This document shows positions 49,427-61,717 of a DNA stretch of 64,000 nucleotides, piece after piece. Below the pieces are notes generated by a model. That model made no database searches. It saw only the letters and a program-made list of their open reading frames with translations, and had not been told where the DNA came from. How positions within the stretch are numbered: position 1 is the first letter of the stretch; every line of letters begins with the position of its first letter. Where the stretch lies: NCBI GenBank assembly GCA_009103225.1, contig RHPI01002119.1, positions 124,001 through 188,000 of the forward strand. Reading direction: 5' to 3'. This DNA comes from Chlorokybus atmophyticus (Eukaryota > Plantae > Mesostigma and Chlorokybus algae). A program made the position numbers and the translations under genes.

Positions 49427-52400
49427 ATGGCGTCGTTGGTGCAGGCGGTGGTAGTTTCAAAATGTGGGTTGTTAGCGTTGTATTCCGACGCGAGGGAGCC
49501 TGCCCAGTGTAGCGCTGTAGCTTCCGGGCATGCTAGTAGCGGCAGGGCAGCCAGGCTGCCAGCTTCCTCCTCCTCCTTCGCCTCCTCGTCCTTGTCGACC
49601 CCATCGAGGAGAAGGAGTAGCAGACAGCAGAGCAGCAGGAGGGTTTTGAGCGTGTCAGCTGTGGCGCAGGCCCCCCGCCGCTCGCAACCCAACGAGGATG
49701 AGCCCGAATACGCTGTCACGCCAGGCCTTCAGATCACAGAGTCGTCTGGACCCACTGGCAGAGTGAGGCAACCAACACTCCTGGCATTAGGGTTTTGCTG
49801 TTAATGTACAATGTGTGGTGTCCACGCAGTTTACTTTGTATTTGACAAGTACAACAGCAGATAGCACAATTAAAGCAATGGCTGCATGTATTTGAAGCGA
49901 TTGCTTGTTTCTATGTGTTCTCTCTGGCCATCACCTTGGCAAGCTGACGTTATCGAAGCAAGCGTCTGCAACGCTTGCTGGTAACGTGTTGCAATTCAAC
50001 TGAGGCTAGCAGCTCGGTAGTTTGTGGCTGAAGTGCCAACTTACAACATGTTGGTCAGCTCATCATGCTCTTTGGCATGCACCTCTGGTATCCCGCGTAA
50101 CATGTATGCATGTGTGTCAATGTTCAGGTGTTGCTGGACGTAGAGGTGCCCGCAGATGCTTGTCTGCGAGCATACGAACTCGTTCTGTCCAAAATGGCCA
50201 AGAGCGTGCGGGTAAGCATGTTTGACACCACAGTCGCACTGCAAAGGACCCAACTGTCAGGGCACTGTTAGCATACATACAACCATCTGCAATGCGCGTC
50301 ATCTTCAACGCCAGCTCACTGCCAACCATGCATGCAGGTGCCAGGGTACCGCCCGGGCAAGCCAGTGCCAAGATCTCTGCTCATACAACACATTGGTCGA
50401 TACAGGGTGAGTGTTGGGTGCAGTGTTCCAGGAATGTGTTACTCAGTCTGGCGGCCTCGTAGCAAACTGATTGTTGCTCCTTTGTAGACACAGGCAGCAG
50501 CTGTGGAGTACTTGCTTAAAGAGACGCTTCCTCAAGCATTGCAGAGGGTGAGCTCAGGAGTGTGCAAATGCTCGTGCGCGCGTGCATGCGTGTGAGTTTG
50601 TGGCTCAGTTCATGGGTACATCTTGCAGACAGCAAAGCGAGCTGTTGATGGGTCAGAAAGAATCGAGACGGACTTTGAGACCATGATTGATCGGTTCTCG
50701 GAGAAAACCCCGCTGAAGTAAGCACCTCACTGCAGGGGCATGACTCATGAGCAGTCCATGCTTTGTGACATGCACAGCAGGTCCATCGACAGCATGAACA
50801 GTTGTCGCGCAGGTTTGTAATTGGCGTGGATGTGATGCCGGAGATCAGCTGGACTGCGCCAGAGGGCTACAAACGACTCTCGGTCGAGATTCAGGTCCCG
50901 AGCGCAGAGGAAGAGCAAAAGGCGGCCGATGACGCCTTTCTACGAAGGCACAAGGACCTCGGTCGGCTGGGCGTAGCCACCGGCAGGGGCATCCAGAAGG
51001 GTGATGTGGCCGTGATCAACTTCTCCTCTACACGCGTCAATGCTGATGGCACGCCCGGTGACCGCATCTTAGGAGCTGAAGGCCAAGGTGCTTACACAGC
51101 AATAGCATGCGTTCATGCTATGTCTGTGGTGGGACATATTGCCAAGGTGTAACCATGGCGCAACTTGCTTGCTGCTGGCAGGCTTCCAGCTGGACACGGA
51201 CGAGGAGTCAAGGTTGTTGCCAGGATTTGTGTCGTCACTTCTTGGGGCAACTGTTGGCGACGAGCGTGTGTTTGACCTCACCTTCCCGGACATCTGGGAA
51301 CCAGCAGCGCTTCGTGGTCAAGTTGGGCGCTTCACTGTAAGCTGTGCTGTTTGTCAACATGTACTGCACCCTGATGGCCCAGTTTTCATCAAAAATTGGT
51401 CGGTTGGTCTGCTCCAACAACCTTAACGCGTTGGGTGGTGCTTGCAGGCCACCGTCACCGAAATCTTCGAGCGCGATCTGCCTGAGTTGACTGATGACCT
51501 TGCACAGAAGTTTGCTGCCGGTGCCAACACAATAGCAGAGGTGATGACTTGGCTTGGATGAAGTTACATGCAGCAGTGGTTGCTGCTGGGAGTTCTGGTG
51601 CCCTGACTGGTTGGTATCTGTACCAGGCCAAAACTGTGTTGTTGGAGGAGATCAAGCGTGAGAACAAGGAAAGGGCTGAACAAGCAATTCAATCTGCCCT
51701 GATGGACGCCCTTGCAGAGGTACTGCCTCGCTTCACTTGAAGTTGCATCTGCAGATCAGACCCAAACACTGCTGTGGCATGCATCCTCTCTGTGAGTTCT
51801 ACACAAGCCAACAGCCAATTTGACTTGTTGCTCAAGTATATACACATGTATGTCGCAGATATGCGTTGTGCAATTACCCGAAGGCCTCATTGAAGAGCAG
51901 GGCCGGCAGCTGTATGCAGCTAAGCTGTTGGAGCTGCAGGCAAGTTGTTACGCTTGATGCATGCGAAAACATCACAGGTGCTGATACTTGTGTCAAGCAC
52001 AGGGGTGTTTATAAAGTGGATTTGGTTGTTGTCGCAGGCTCGTGGCCAAATACAAAAAAATCAGATTGACTCCCTGTCAACTCCAACCCTGGTGAAGGCT
52101 TACATTGAGAAGGAAAGGGCAGACATTGAGCGCATAGTTCGAGGCACGGTCGCTGCAAGCGAGGTGTTTAAGCTGGAGAACCTGTCCATTCCTGAAGAAG
52201 ACTTCAACCATGAGCTGGAGCGTGCAAGGTCCGAGTTCAATCGAGTACAGCAAGAATTTGATGACGAGCGATTGAAAGAGCAGGTCAGCTTGCGGGCATG
52301 ATTGTGTGCTTTATGGATTCGTTTGCATGTTACCTTCCTGCCAGCATGTGTGTATCTTGCTGGTGTACTCGTATCCACACCCAAGCTGGTTGATGCATGC

Positions 52401-52636
52401 TGGACACTTTCAGCTAGACTCATGGCTATGTCTGGCAGTGCACATATGTATGGCAGTGCACACACTTGTGTGCTAGGTGGGTTTGCAGGTCTGGTTGCAA
52501 ACCCACCTAGCACAAGGTCCTATGAAATGCAGCTGATGTTCGTGTTTGACGGCAGGTGCAAGAGTTTCTTGAAGGTGCTGTTGTGCTCGAGTTCTTGAAG
52601 AAGACTGCCACATTCAAGTACACTGCCCCATCATGA
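49427..52636 (+). CDS. TIG: Chloroplast trigger factor (ribosome-associated chaperone, FKBP-type), multi-exon
   Basis: Transit peptide from ATG 49427. VLLDVEVP, VPGYRPGKPVP (GFRxGK-like ribosome-binding signature), GIQKGDVAVINF, LLPGFVSSLLGATVGDERVFDLTFP, FERDLPELTDDLAQK. Stop TGA at 52634-52636. Confidence 0.92.
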
Positions 52637-52966
52637 GCTGACTCGGCAATATTGCATTCGCCGTAGATATGGTAGGCGTAGTTAACAGAAAGGTTGGGTG
52701 GACGCTTGTTTTTTGCTGCTGTGTCCACTTGTTTGCTAGCAGATTGATCAGACAATGTGTAAACCAGTTCTTTATGACAAAGCAATCCAGCTTTGAACAA
52801 TGCCAATGCATCAATGCACTCCTGGCTTATATTGCGTGCACTCGCCAACGCATGACTGCAACTTACAACGATCAGCATGTGACAGGCGTGCATACAGCCA
52901 TGTCAAGTCTTCCAACCAACAGCAGTCAAGTCTTCCAACCAACAGCAAGTGCATTCAGGCCTCTGG

Positions 52967-55900
52967 CTATGATGTCGCCTGGGCCGCGCTGATTCGTTCA
53001 ATCTGGAGACATGCAGACTGGTTAGCAGATTGGACCACATGACTTAGCCGGCATGTAGAATCATCACGTAAACAAGCTGTCAGGTCAGGCATGCGCTCGA
53101 TAGCACTACTACCAACAGATTGTGGGAAGATTGGTGGCGACATTACCTGTGACACCAGCATGTCAATCTGATCCCTGTACAACTCCTTCACATCCATCAA
53201 GTCTGCGCGCAACTCTTCCGCCTATCAACCATGTCAACACAACCGAGTGAGTTACACTCCCCCGTGGCAACAGCATCATCAGCTGCTCGATCTTGAGACC
53301 ATGCGTCGATTGGCACATTACCTGTTCCTCTCGCTCTCCCATCAACTCCAGTGCAGAAGCATGCCGCTTGCGCAGTGCATCCATTTCAACCAGCAGCCCA
53401 GGCAGCTTGCCTGCCTCTTTAGCAAGCCTCTCACACTATCATAACATGCCACAAGTCACATGGCATACGATAACATGTAACATGGTATTTACAACCCGAA
53501 GTTAGCCATGCATTGCAGTGCAACGACCGTGGTGGCAACATCGTACTAATCATACCTGCGTTGTAACAGATACAAGCTCTTCTGCCAGAGAGTTCCTTGT
53601 CGCCTCCAGCGAATCCTGTATTGACACCAGCCCTCAGTTGTACCACCCCTGCACAGCCAGAAGAGACCTTCTAACCATGCTTACCAGTCTGCGCATGCAG
53701 GAGTCCAGTTCGCCCTCTCGTTGCCTTAACAACCCTTCCAACCGTTCCACTAGTCCGCCTGGAGGAAAGCCCAATGGCCGCTCATAATAAGAGGATTGAC
53801 GCTTTGGTGATGATGGAACAGGTGATGACTGCACACAGTGCAGTGAGTAAGCGACCCAGATGATGCTTGATGCGTTGTGAGTACTGTAATTGTTTGCATC
53901 AGAGCATTCATACTCACCGTTTCATCCCCAGCATCGCTTCCATTCATACTGAGCGAACTCTGCAAGAAATGGCCCTCGTCCGAACTGGCACTGCTTTGCC
54001 TGCGAATTTTTCGCCTGTCTGCCGAGTTGTTGGCTACAGCCATATTGGCCGTCATCGCGGACAGTTCGCCACGTAACCGCCGTTCTTGATCCACGAATGC
54101 GTTGCGGTCTGCTTCCAACACCTACAAACTTACCATTCAGCAGGCATGATGTGCACAATGCTCACAGCAAGCAAGTAGCGCCCATACTACCCACCCTCGC
54201 GCCATTACAGACATAACAGTCGCTCTCGCTCACCTTTTCCAAGTCAAGCCTGCGGTTGCGCTCTTCCACAACATGTTGCCGCAGCAGCTCCGTTTGCACG
54301 CGCAGCTCCTCTTCCAGCTGTGCGCAACGCCCCTCATGAACAGCCGCCGCCTCTTGAGCTGCGAAGCACTCGGCTCGCTGCTCCGCAGCTCTTGCTCGCT
54401 CCTTTTCCAACGACCGCGCCAGCTGCGCGTGCTCTGCTCTTAGCATGCCAACCTGCAGCATTTTGTCATCAGAAATGCATGCTGATAAGCGTCATCACAA
54501 GTAGCTTCGAGTTGTCCTCTCTCGCCTGTGCTTCCGTGATGGCAACTCTTGACAGCGCCTGTGACAACCTTTCCTGTGCTTGACGCTCACGCTCAGCAGC
54601 CACGCCAGCTTTGCTCTCAGCATCCTGTTTCGCAAACATAGACAGGCAGTGCGCAACTTCAGCATCACCAAAGCCGTGCTCAATATCATGTCAACAACAT
54701 CATTAGCTAACGGTCAGCACCTGCAACCTGCAAGTCAGAGACCGCTCTGCGATTTCCCATGCCTGAGCCCGAACGCTTGTTGACTCCTGCGGCAGAAAAG
54801 CCTCAGCTAGGAATAGTTAGGTTTGGCTTTGATGGGATTTATGGCAGGCAACATGGTAGCGCATGGTGAAAACCACGCCAGCAAGACCGCTACCATCAAG
54901 CGCATTATCAATATGATGCAACAGTTCTTACTGACCTGCAGAGCCTCTATTTGTCTTAGCAAAGGTCGGGTGGCATCTGGCACTCTTGACATCAACTCTT
55001 CGTGCCGTGCCTCAGCAGCCTGCAGCATCATGCAATGAGGACCATATGCTGACTATAGTATAGTATGCCAACACTAAGCGCATGTGACGTGTGCCAAAGT
55101 CCATCAACACTGGGTTGATGCCATACTCGAAAACACAGCCAAACCTGGCAGCGCTTCTCCATCAGCTCTATGTCCCGTCGCAACATGTCCTCTCTGAAAG
55201 CGGCCTGCACAAGAAGATGAAAACACGAGCTTTATACTTGATGGCGCTTGGTTGGCTCCTTGAATCAAGATGACAATGGTGTCGCAAAGATAACTCCCCG
55301 CTTGCCCAGTATCATAGCACGCGCATATTGCATGTGTGCGCAGAGCAGAAAAGTAGTCCTGCATACTCACCTGCTGTTCGTCACGTGCAAGCAATTCCCT
55401 CAACTCCTCCACACTGCGCGCTAGTGTTCTCTCCCGCTCCACAGCCTCCTTCAGCTGCAGCTCCATGGCTGCGCGGGCGGCGCTATCCGCGCGAGCTTCC
55501 GCCGCAGCCAAAGACTCGCGAAGGCGAGCAATAGCTTCCTGCCCAGCTGCTCGTGCAGCTTCCAACTCAGCTTGCGAGGCCTCGATGCTGGCTTGCATGG
55601 TTTGCATAATCTGGACTTTCTCTCGATCCAATGTCTCCGCTCGGGCCATTGCAGTCTAGCAGACAGAAAACAGTTGTTGGTGAAAGAGTCAAACCCAGCT
55701 TGAGCCAATAAGACCATGGTTCAGATGCGATTGTGCAACCTCTAAGCTGGCAGTCAGCTTCTCCTTGTCTCCTTCCAACTCTTTGACCTGTACGCAAGCA
55801 CAACAAACTCATCAGAAAACCAACGCACTGACCAAACACACCGTGCCATGGAGCCTGCCGTACCTGCGCCCTGAGCTTCTTGATGAGCTGCTCTTGAGCT

Positions 55901-58205
55901 GCTTGCTTTTTAGACAAAGTCTCACCTGAAACAAGAAAGCACGCCAAGGCAAGGCCTCAGTGACCAAGCCTTGTTGACTTGTGCAAACTGAGAGAAACTG
56001 CAAGCAAACAGCATGGCATGCAAAACAAACCCACCTTCTGCCATAATCTGCTTGATGATTTCGTCCTTCTCCTGTACAAGTGTGGACGTGTCGGATCTTC
56101 GGTTCGCATCACGCTTCAGCATGTCGCGCTCCTTGGTCAAAGCATAGATCTGCACATGGCGAGCTTGGCAGTTCATAAGTCCAGCTCATCACACACATAC
56201 ATAAGCTGGTGTTGTCGCCCTGCAAAAGCCAAGTGCTATCAGCCCTCACCTTCCGCTCAGCTGCACCGACGCGTTGAGTGAACTCCTCTCGTAGTGCGTC
56301 CAGCTCGGCCTGCAACTGTCTTTTGCCCTGCACACGCTTTACTTCAACCTGCATGCTCGGTTGTGGGCACAGTTACATGTCGCCGTCCACACCTCTTCTT
56401 GCTGCTGTTCCAACTGTGCCCGTAGCGAGCTGTTGATGGCGTCCAGCTCAGCTAGCTCGTCCGCCTTCACTCTGGCCTTATTAGCAGCCTGCTGCAAGGC
56501 TCCTCTCGTGGCGACCAACTCTGCTTGCAACGCCTCCATATCGCTGCTTGAATCCGTCACTGTGCTCAAGGCGGATGGTTGGTCTGTGATTATAAGACAA
56601 CTTCAACATCACTCATGCATTGACCAGGCAATGCTTATATGCTTGCTTCACTTGACAACATGCTTCACCACAAACAAAACAAACACCTGAAGCAAGCAAG
56701 TCCGAGCCTTGTTGCCGCTGCTCCAAAACACCCAAGTCCTCCGGGTTGGAATCAGCCGGTTCCAGCAAGGGTGAAGGATTAATACTCTGTGCATCGTGTT
56801 CGTGATGGCCAATGTCCACAACTGGCCTGGCCTCAGATGGCAAAGGCAGTTCAGCCGCTCTCACAGAGTCAGAGTAGCCCGTGTCTCCATGACTTGCCGC
56901 TTGCTCAACAGCGCTGGTGGTCGTGCTGTCATCCGCTGGTGTTGTTGTTGGTGGTGGTGTTGTAACCAACTGTTGTTGGTCCAAGTCACCTTCAGCATCT
57001 GTGCGTGCATGCGCTAGCTCCCTTCTTTCTATTGAAGGACTGGAGTCAGCCTCAGCCACGGGGCTGCGCACGGCTTCTGCTTCAGCGGCCAAAGCTGTGC
57101 TGTCAGCTGTCACATCCTGCTGCTCCTCAGCAGCATCGACCTGCGAAGCAGTTTTGCTGGCAGAAGCTTCAGGTGTTGGGTTTGCGGCAGCTTCATCGGC
57201 AGCAACTGATGACGTCTGCGCTTCAGCAAACTCGACTCCGGTAGCAGATGAGCTGCGAAGCGGTGTAGCACCCAAGCGTGGGGTAGACTTGGAGGAGGAC
57301 CGTGAGCGCGTGGGTCGGGGAAACGGCCGTGCAATCACTGTTTGGGGGGAGGAATCCGCGGGTGCACTTGTGGAGGTCTCACCTGCAAAGTTTCAATCAA
57401 CCAAACCTCTCTGAAAGTGAGATGTGCGCCATTGCATGCAGGGGCACTTTCCCGCACACGCTTGGTAGTTGTATGGTAGGGATAGTGTTGGGAGGAGTGG
57501 AAGACCAACTAGCGTAGTGTTAATGGTGCACAGTTCGGCGGGCAAGGGCGTGCAACCTACTATGCATACCGCGCTAACTTGACATAGAGTTGACTATTGG
57601 TTATTTTGCAGCATGCATGTCACCATCCAAAGAACGCTTCCTTCATGCCTGAATGGCAGCACTCCACAAGCTGATATGCAATCAACCTGCCATCTGCGAG
57701 CCACTACTACTGCATGCGACATTGATCGAATATGGGCACATATACTACTACGCTTGTCTCATGGCTATCAATACGGACAAAGGAAATTGACTAGTCACTC
57801 ACTCGCACACGAAACTGTGCAGTAGGGTTAAAATAGGGTAGCCTGTCAACGCCACATCAGGTTATAATTGATGAACAATGACCACATCGTTACTGAGGGG
57901 ACTGGAAACCAATGCCCAACCCAAACCAAGTGGCAATCACCATCTGCAGGCTGATCGTTGTAAGAGGGAGTGGCTGTGGTGGGCTGTGAATCAGTTGTGC
58001 TGTTAGTTGTGGCACTGGTGTCGTCTCCCCAGCTCCAGCCCTCGCCGGCAAAGAACGTCGACGTGACGTTGCTGTTGCTGCTGCTGCTGTCCTTGCGGCC
58101 GTCGGCGGCAATACCCAGGGCGCTGTCAACGCTCTTCTCGATGCTCTTCACGCTCTCCTGCAGCTTGTTGGCTACTCCTGACAGGGTAAGGCTGCGCCAG
58201 GCCAT
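52967..58205 (-). CDS. GC5: Golgin candidate 5 / TATA element modulatory factor 1 (TMF1) coiled-coil golgin, multi-exon
   Basis: N-terminus MAW...ANKLQESVKSIEKSVDSALG, GETLSKKQAAQEQLIKKLRAQ, VPDATRPLLRQIEALQ, AWEIAERSL. TMF C-terminal motif ALELMGEREEQ..LRADLMDVKELYRDQIDMLV. Confidence 0.9.
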
Positions 58206-58441
58206 GGTTTGAAGCTGGGGGCAATGGAAAAGGTGGGCAGGCTAGCAGGACCCCGTATCCTGCCAGGACCCAGTAACCATCATCATCACCACCATCGCTG
58301 ATGTGTAGTGCCTTTCACCGACATGGAGGAAGCGCAATGCGTTGTCGCCTTGCCGCAACAGCAGCAGCCGTCGCCGGCTGACGCCTTGCCCCACCTAGCA
58401 GTGCACGCACTTCAAACGCGCACCATAAGCAAGAGCGCAGA

Positions 58442-58450
58442 TTAGGGTTT
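58442..58450 (-). promoter_or_regulatory. Telo-box upstream of GC5
   Basis: TTAGGGTTT on the + strand, about 237 bp upstream of the GC5 ATG. Confidence 0.45.
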
Positions 58451-58493
58451 TTCCGTGTGGGAATCTCTTGTGTTAGACGATGGCATGAATAGA

Positions 58494-58548
58494 GTAGAGA
58501 AGGCTCTACGGAGAAGGCTCTACATCTACATTAGATGTAGAGCCTTCT
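58494..58548. repeat. Perfect 17-bp inverted repeat plus an adjacent short hairpin and direct repeat
   Basis: AGAAGGCTCTACATCTA-CAT-TAGATGTAGAGCCTTCT (58512-58548) and GTAGAG-AAGG-CTCTAC (58494-58509). GAGAAGGCTCTAC occurs twice in tandem. Confidence 0.85.
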
Positions 58549-59066
58549 ATAGCCTTGAAAAGGTTGTACCATGTAGTGGGGTCACCCACTGCGGGTGAGA
58601 TACTGGAAGCTTTATGACTGAACACGTTCAAGTTTAGTCGTGTGCGCATTTGCGACTCGTAAGCTGAAAGCAAACATCAAAAAGCATGTATTGTACAATA
58701 ATTGTTTTAAGAGCCTTTTGTAGCCTCGAACGATAGTACAATGTATAATGTAATGGGTGAGCTACTGGAAGCTTCATGACTGGGCATGTTCATGCTTCAT
58801 CTTAAGGGCACTTGTGTGACGCAACGCTGAAAACAATAATAAACAATTTGTGTTGTAATAAGTATAATATTATTATCTCAAAGCTTCTTCAATTTCATAA
58901 CGTGAAACCGCACTATGACAACACCGCGCACAATACAATTACTATGCATGGTAGCCAAAACTTGGCCTTGAAGTGAACAAAGAAACAAACTAGCTACACT
59001 AAGGTGACGTGCATGTGGTGTGGCGATAGCGCGTATATAGGCTGACCATCACACGGATTGACGTTC

Positions 59067-59184
59067 AAGGACCAGGTATGGTCCTTTCACGGACCCCCAG
59101 GACCATGCATGGTCCGTATCCCGCGGGCCAGGACTGCCTGGTCCGCGAGTGACGGACCGTTCCTGGTCCGTTCGGGGTCCCGAA
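59067..59184. repeat. Array of five short hairpins built on GGACC/GGTCC and related words
   Basis: AAGGACCA/TGGTCCTT (59067-86), GGACCATGCATGGTCC (59100-115), CGCGGGCCAGG/CCTGGTCCGCG (59122-147), ACGGACC/GGTCCGT (59152-171), TTCGGG/CCCGAA (59171-184). Confidence 0.85.
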
Positions 59185-59205
59185 TCCTGGTGCGCAGTCA
59201 CGCAC

Positions 59206-60227
59206 CAGATGTCCTTGATCGCATACACAGTGACAGCTGGCTTGCCAGCGTCATCGAAGTCCGACCAGAGCATGGCGTTGGGCTCACGTTGTTGCCCGTG
59301 TACGGAATTGATGTAAGCTGCCACATTGCCAGTGCGGGGGCGGCCATCAATAATAACCTGATATTTGTTGGGTTTTCTTGGCGGGAACAGGTTGACGTGA
59401 TATCGTCTGTGGTGTTGAAAGCCGGTTGTTAGCTGGCAACTGCGGAAGACATCCCGCTGCTCCTGGTATGTGAACCATTTGCCGTCGTATGGCATCAGGT
59501 ACTCCTCTGCAAAGTTGCAGACAGGTCATCAGTTATAAGCACAGGTGTATACACAAACACATCGCGTATACACATGCACGCACCATTTGCTATGTCCTGG
59601 CGGGCAAACAGTCCCAGTCCAACACCAGTGATTGTGGAGTCCTTGATCTCCCAGTTGTGCAGGTGATACTTGAACTCCTCTTTGACCGGAATGCTTGTGG
59701 ATGCTTTCACATCCTTCAAATAGTTCAGCCGCCACAGCTGGTGCTTGTCTCCAGCTCCACGATGGATGAGCTTCAGGTTGGGAATCTCATTGTCAGTCTG
59801 TTTGAAGCAGTGGTCAGTTGCAATGCTTTGAGAGCCACACAGATGACAGTCTTGCTTGACAGTCCTCAACACTCATGACAGATGACAGTCTTGCTTGACA
59901 GTTCTCTAAGCCGGGGGGGGGGGGGGGGGGGNNNNNNNNNNNNNNNNNNNNNNNNNNNNNNNNNNNNNATTCAAGACATATGCTTACCCTCAAGATGTCG
60001 TCCGACAGGTTGGGTGGCTGTGTGGTGCCCGTGGAACTGTAGCGTTTCATTTCAAACCTCTGCATCTCTTGAAGAGCTGCACGGAACTCTTCTTTGGGAT
60101 CCACCGCAGGTCCTTTGCCGCGTTGCTGTGCGGAGGATTTACGCAATGATGGACTTGTTGAGACATCTGCAGTCTCCTCCGAGTCTGCCTCCTCGCTTCC
60201 TTCCGGCTCCTGTTGCTGTTGCTATTG

Positions 60228-60258
<31 letters not shown>

Positions 60259-61036
60259 GCCTGCTCCGCTTGCTCCTCTTCCACCTCCAACTGCGTATTG
60301 CGAGGCCAAAAGATATACTGCCTTGACAGCCGTCCCGCTTCGTCCCACAGTTCTTGCGTCTGTAACCTTGGGTAAGTAAGAATGCCGCGATAATTGGTGT
60401 ACAAATGCATCAACTCACCCATCCTGGGATGGCCATGACTTCTGCCATTTTGTAGTACTTCAGCACCGCGACATGTGGGTGAGGGTGGGCCGGGAATTGA
60501 TCCTTCTGCAATACGCTGCTAGTGAGTTTCTCGTGCAATAGGACATGTCACGCAAATGTAAGTTGATAACTAGGCTGATAGAACAAAACAACATCATGCA
60601 TAGCAAGTGACATGCACAGGATCTCAGCAGCGACTGTCAATGCGATGCGCGATGCGCCTTAGCACAGAGCATTGACAGCCTATGCATGTCGTAAACAATC
60701 TTGATTGTTGAACGTTCTTACCTTGATGGCTTGCTGGTATTGAAGCCCCATAGCCTTGCACACATCCTGGTCCTCCCTACCGCCCCGGTTGTTGATCATG
60801 CGCACGCATCGGCACACTTGCGTGTTGAAGTGCTGTCCGATTTTGGTGGGCTTGGTCTCTCCCCCAGTTAGTTGACCCCTTGCATCACGGTGACCAGCTT
60901 GCACATTGCACATGCAGAACGGGCAGCCCCAAATAAACGGCGCCCCTGTGGACGCCCGCCTTCGTTCCATGATGTCCAACTGCCTGGCAATCCTTCTCCT
61001 AGCGACTGTCTTGTACAACTCCTCACAGCTCCGCAC
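59206..61036 (-). pseudogene. SET-domain gene with an N-terminal Cys/His cluster; probably disrupted
   Basis: WEIKDSTITGVGLGLFARQDIANG/EYLMPYDG...IIDGRPRTGNVAAYINSVHGQQREPNA...VTVYAIKDIW is SET-like. The upstream exon has CPFCMC..HF..C. An in-frame TAG sits within a CAG run at 60222-60224. No final GEEL..Y exon was found after the donor at 59205. Confidence 0.6.
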
Positions 61037-61717
61037 ACCTCTCCTCGCTTCACCCTGCGCCCTGAGCTACACCCATAACCACAACCACAACCACCACAAC
61101 CACAACAATAGCAAACTATATCAGCGAGACCATGCAACGGCTATGTACGCCGCCAACCTCTCGTCCAATCTATGATGTCCCATCAATAACAGCCGCCAAG
61201 TTGGTGAGTCCCTAGCCCTAACACTGCTAACTCTTGACAGCCGCCTTGTAAATTCTACGCAATTTGTTGCTAGTAGTGCGTTTGGCGTCGATTCGACGTG
61301 GCGTCGATTCGACGACAATAAATGACAACCCCCAGATATAAGGTGAGTCTAGGGATTGACAGCCGCGTCGCTAGCTTTGTGAGTTCCATTGACTGTGTCG
61401 CACTGCATTTGGCACTGCACAATTGCGGCTTGTGCGGCGGTCACAATGCTTGTGCGGCTCGTGCGACTGCCCATATGGAACACAATAGGACTTGACAGTC
61501 CTAGTGAGTGAGTAGTGAGTTCGCTTGCGAGTTTGCATGCGCCCTGGTTGTGTGTTGCTTGAAAAATTGCACTAGCCGTTTGTGGTTTGCTGCTTGAGCT
61601 GTCAGCGCTTACCTGAAAGGTGTTTTGCTTTGAAGCTTGCATGCCTTGTTGATTGTGCGCTGAGTCACTGTCTGTGCACTAAGTTCGGTTGCTTGTTCAG
61701 GCTGTTCAGCTGACATT

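Noticed and set aside
54750-54770. Additional GC donor (CAG|GCATGG) in GC5
   Set aside because: The frame reads through as AQAWEIAERSL, a conserved golgin segment, to a downstream GT donor.
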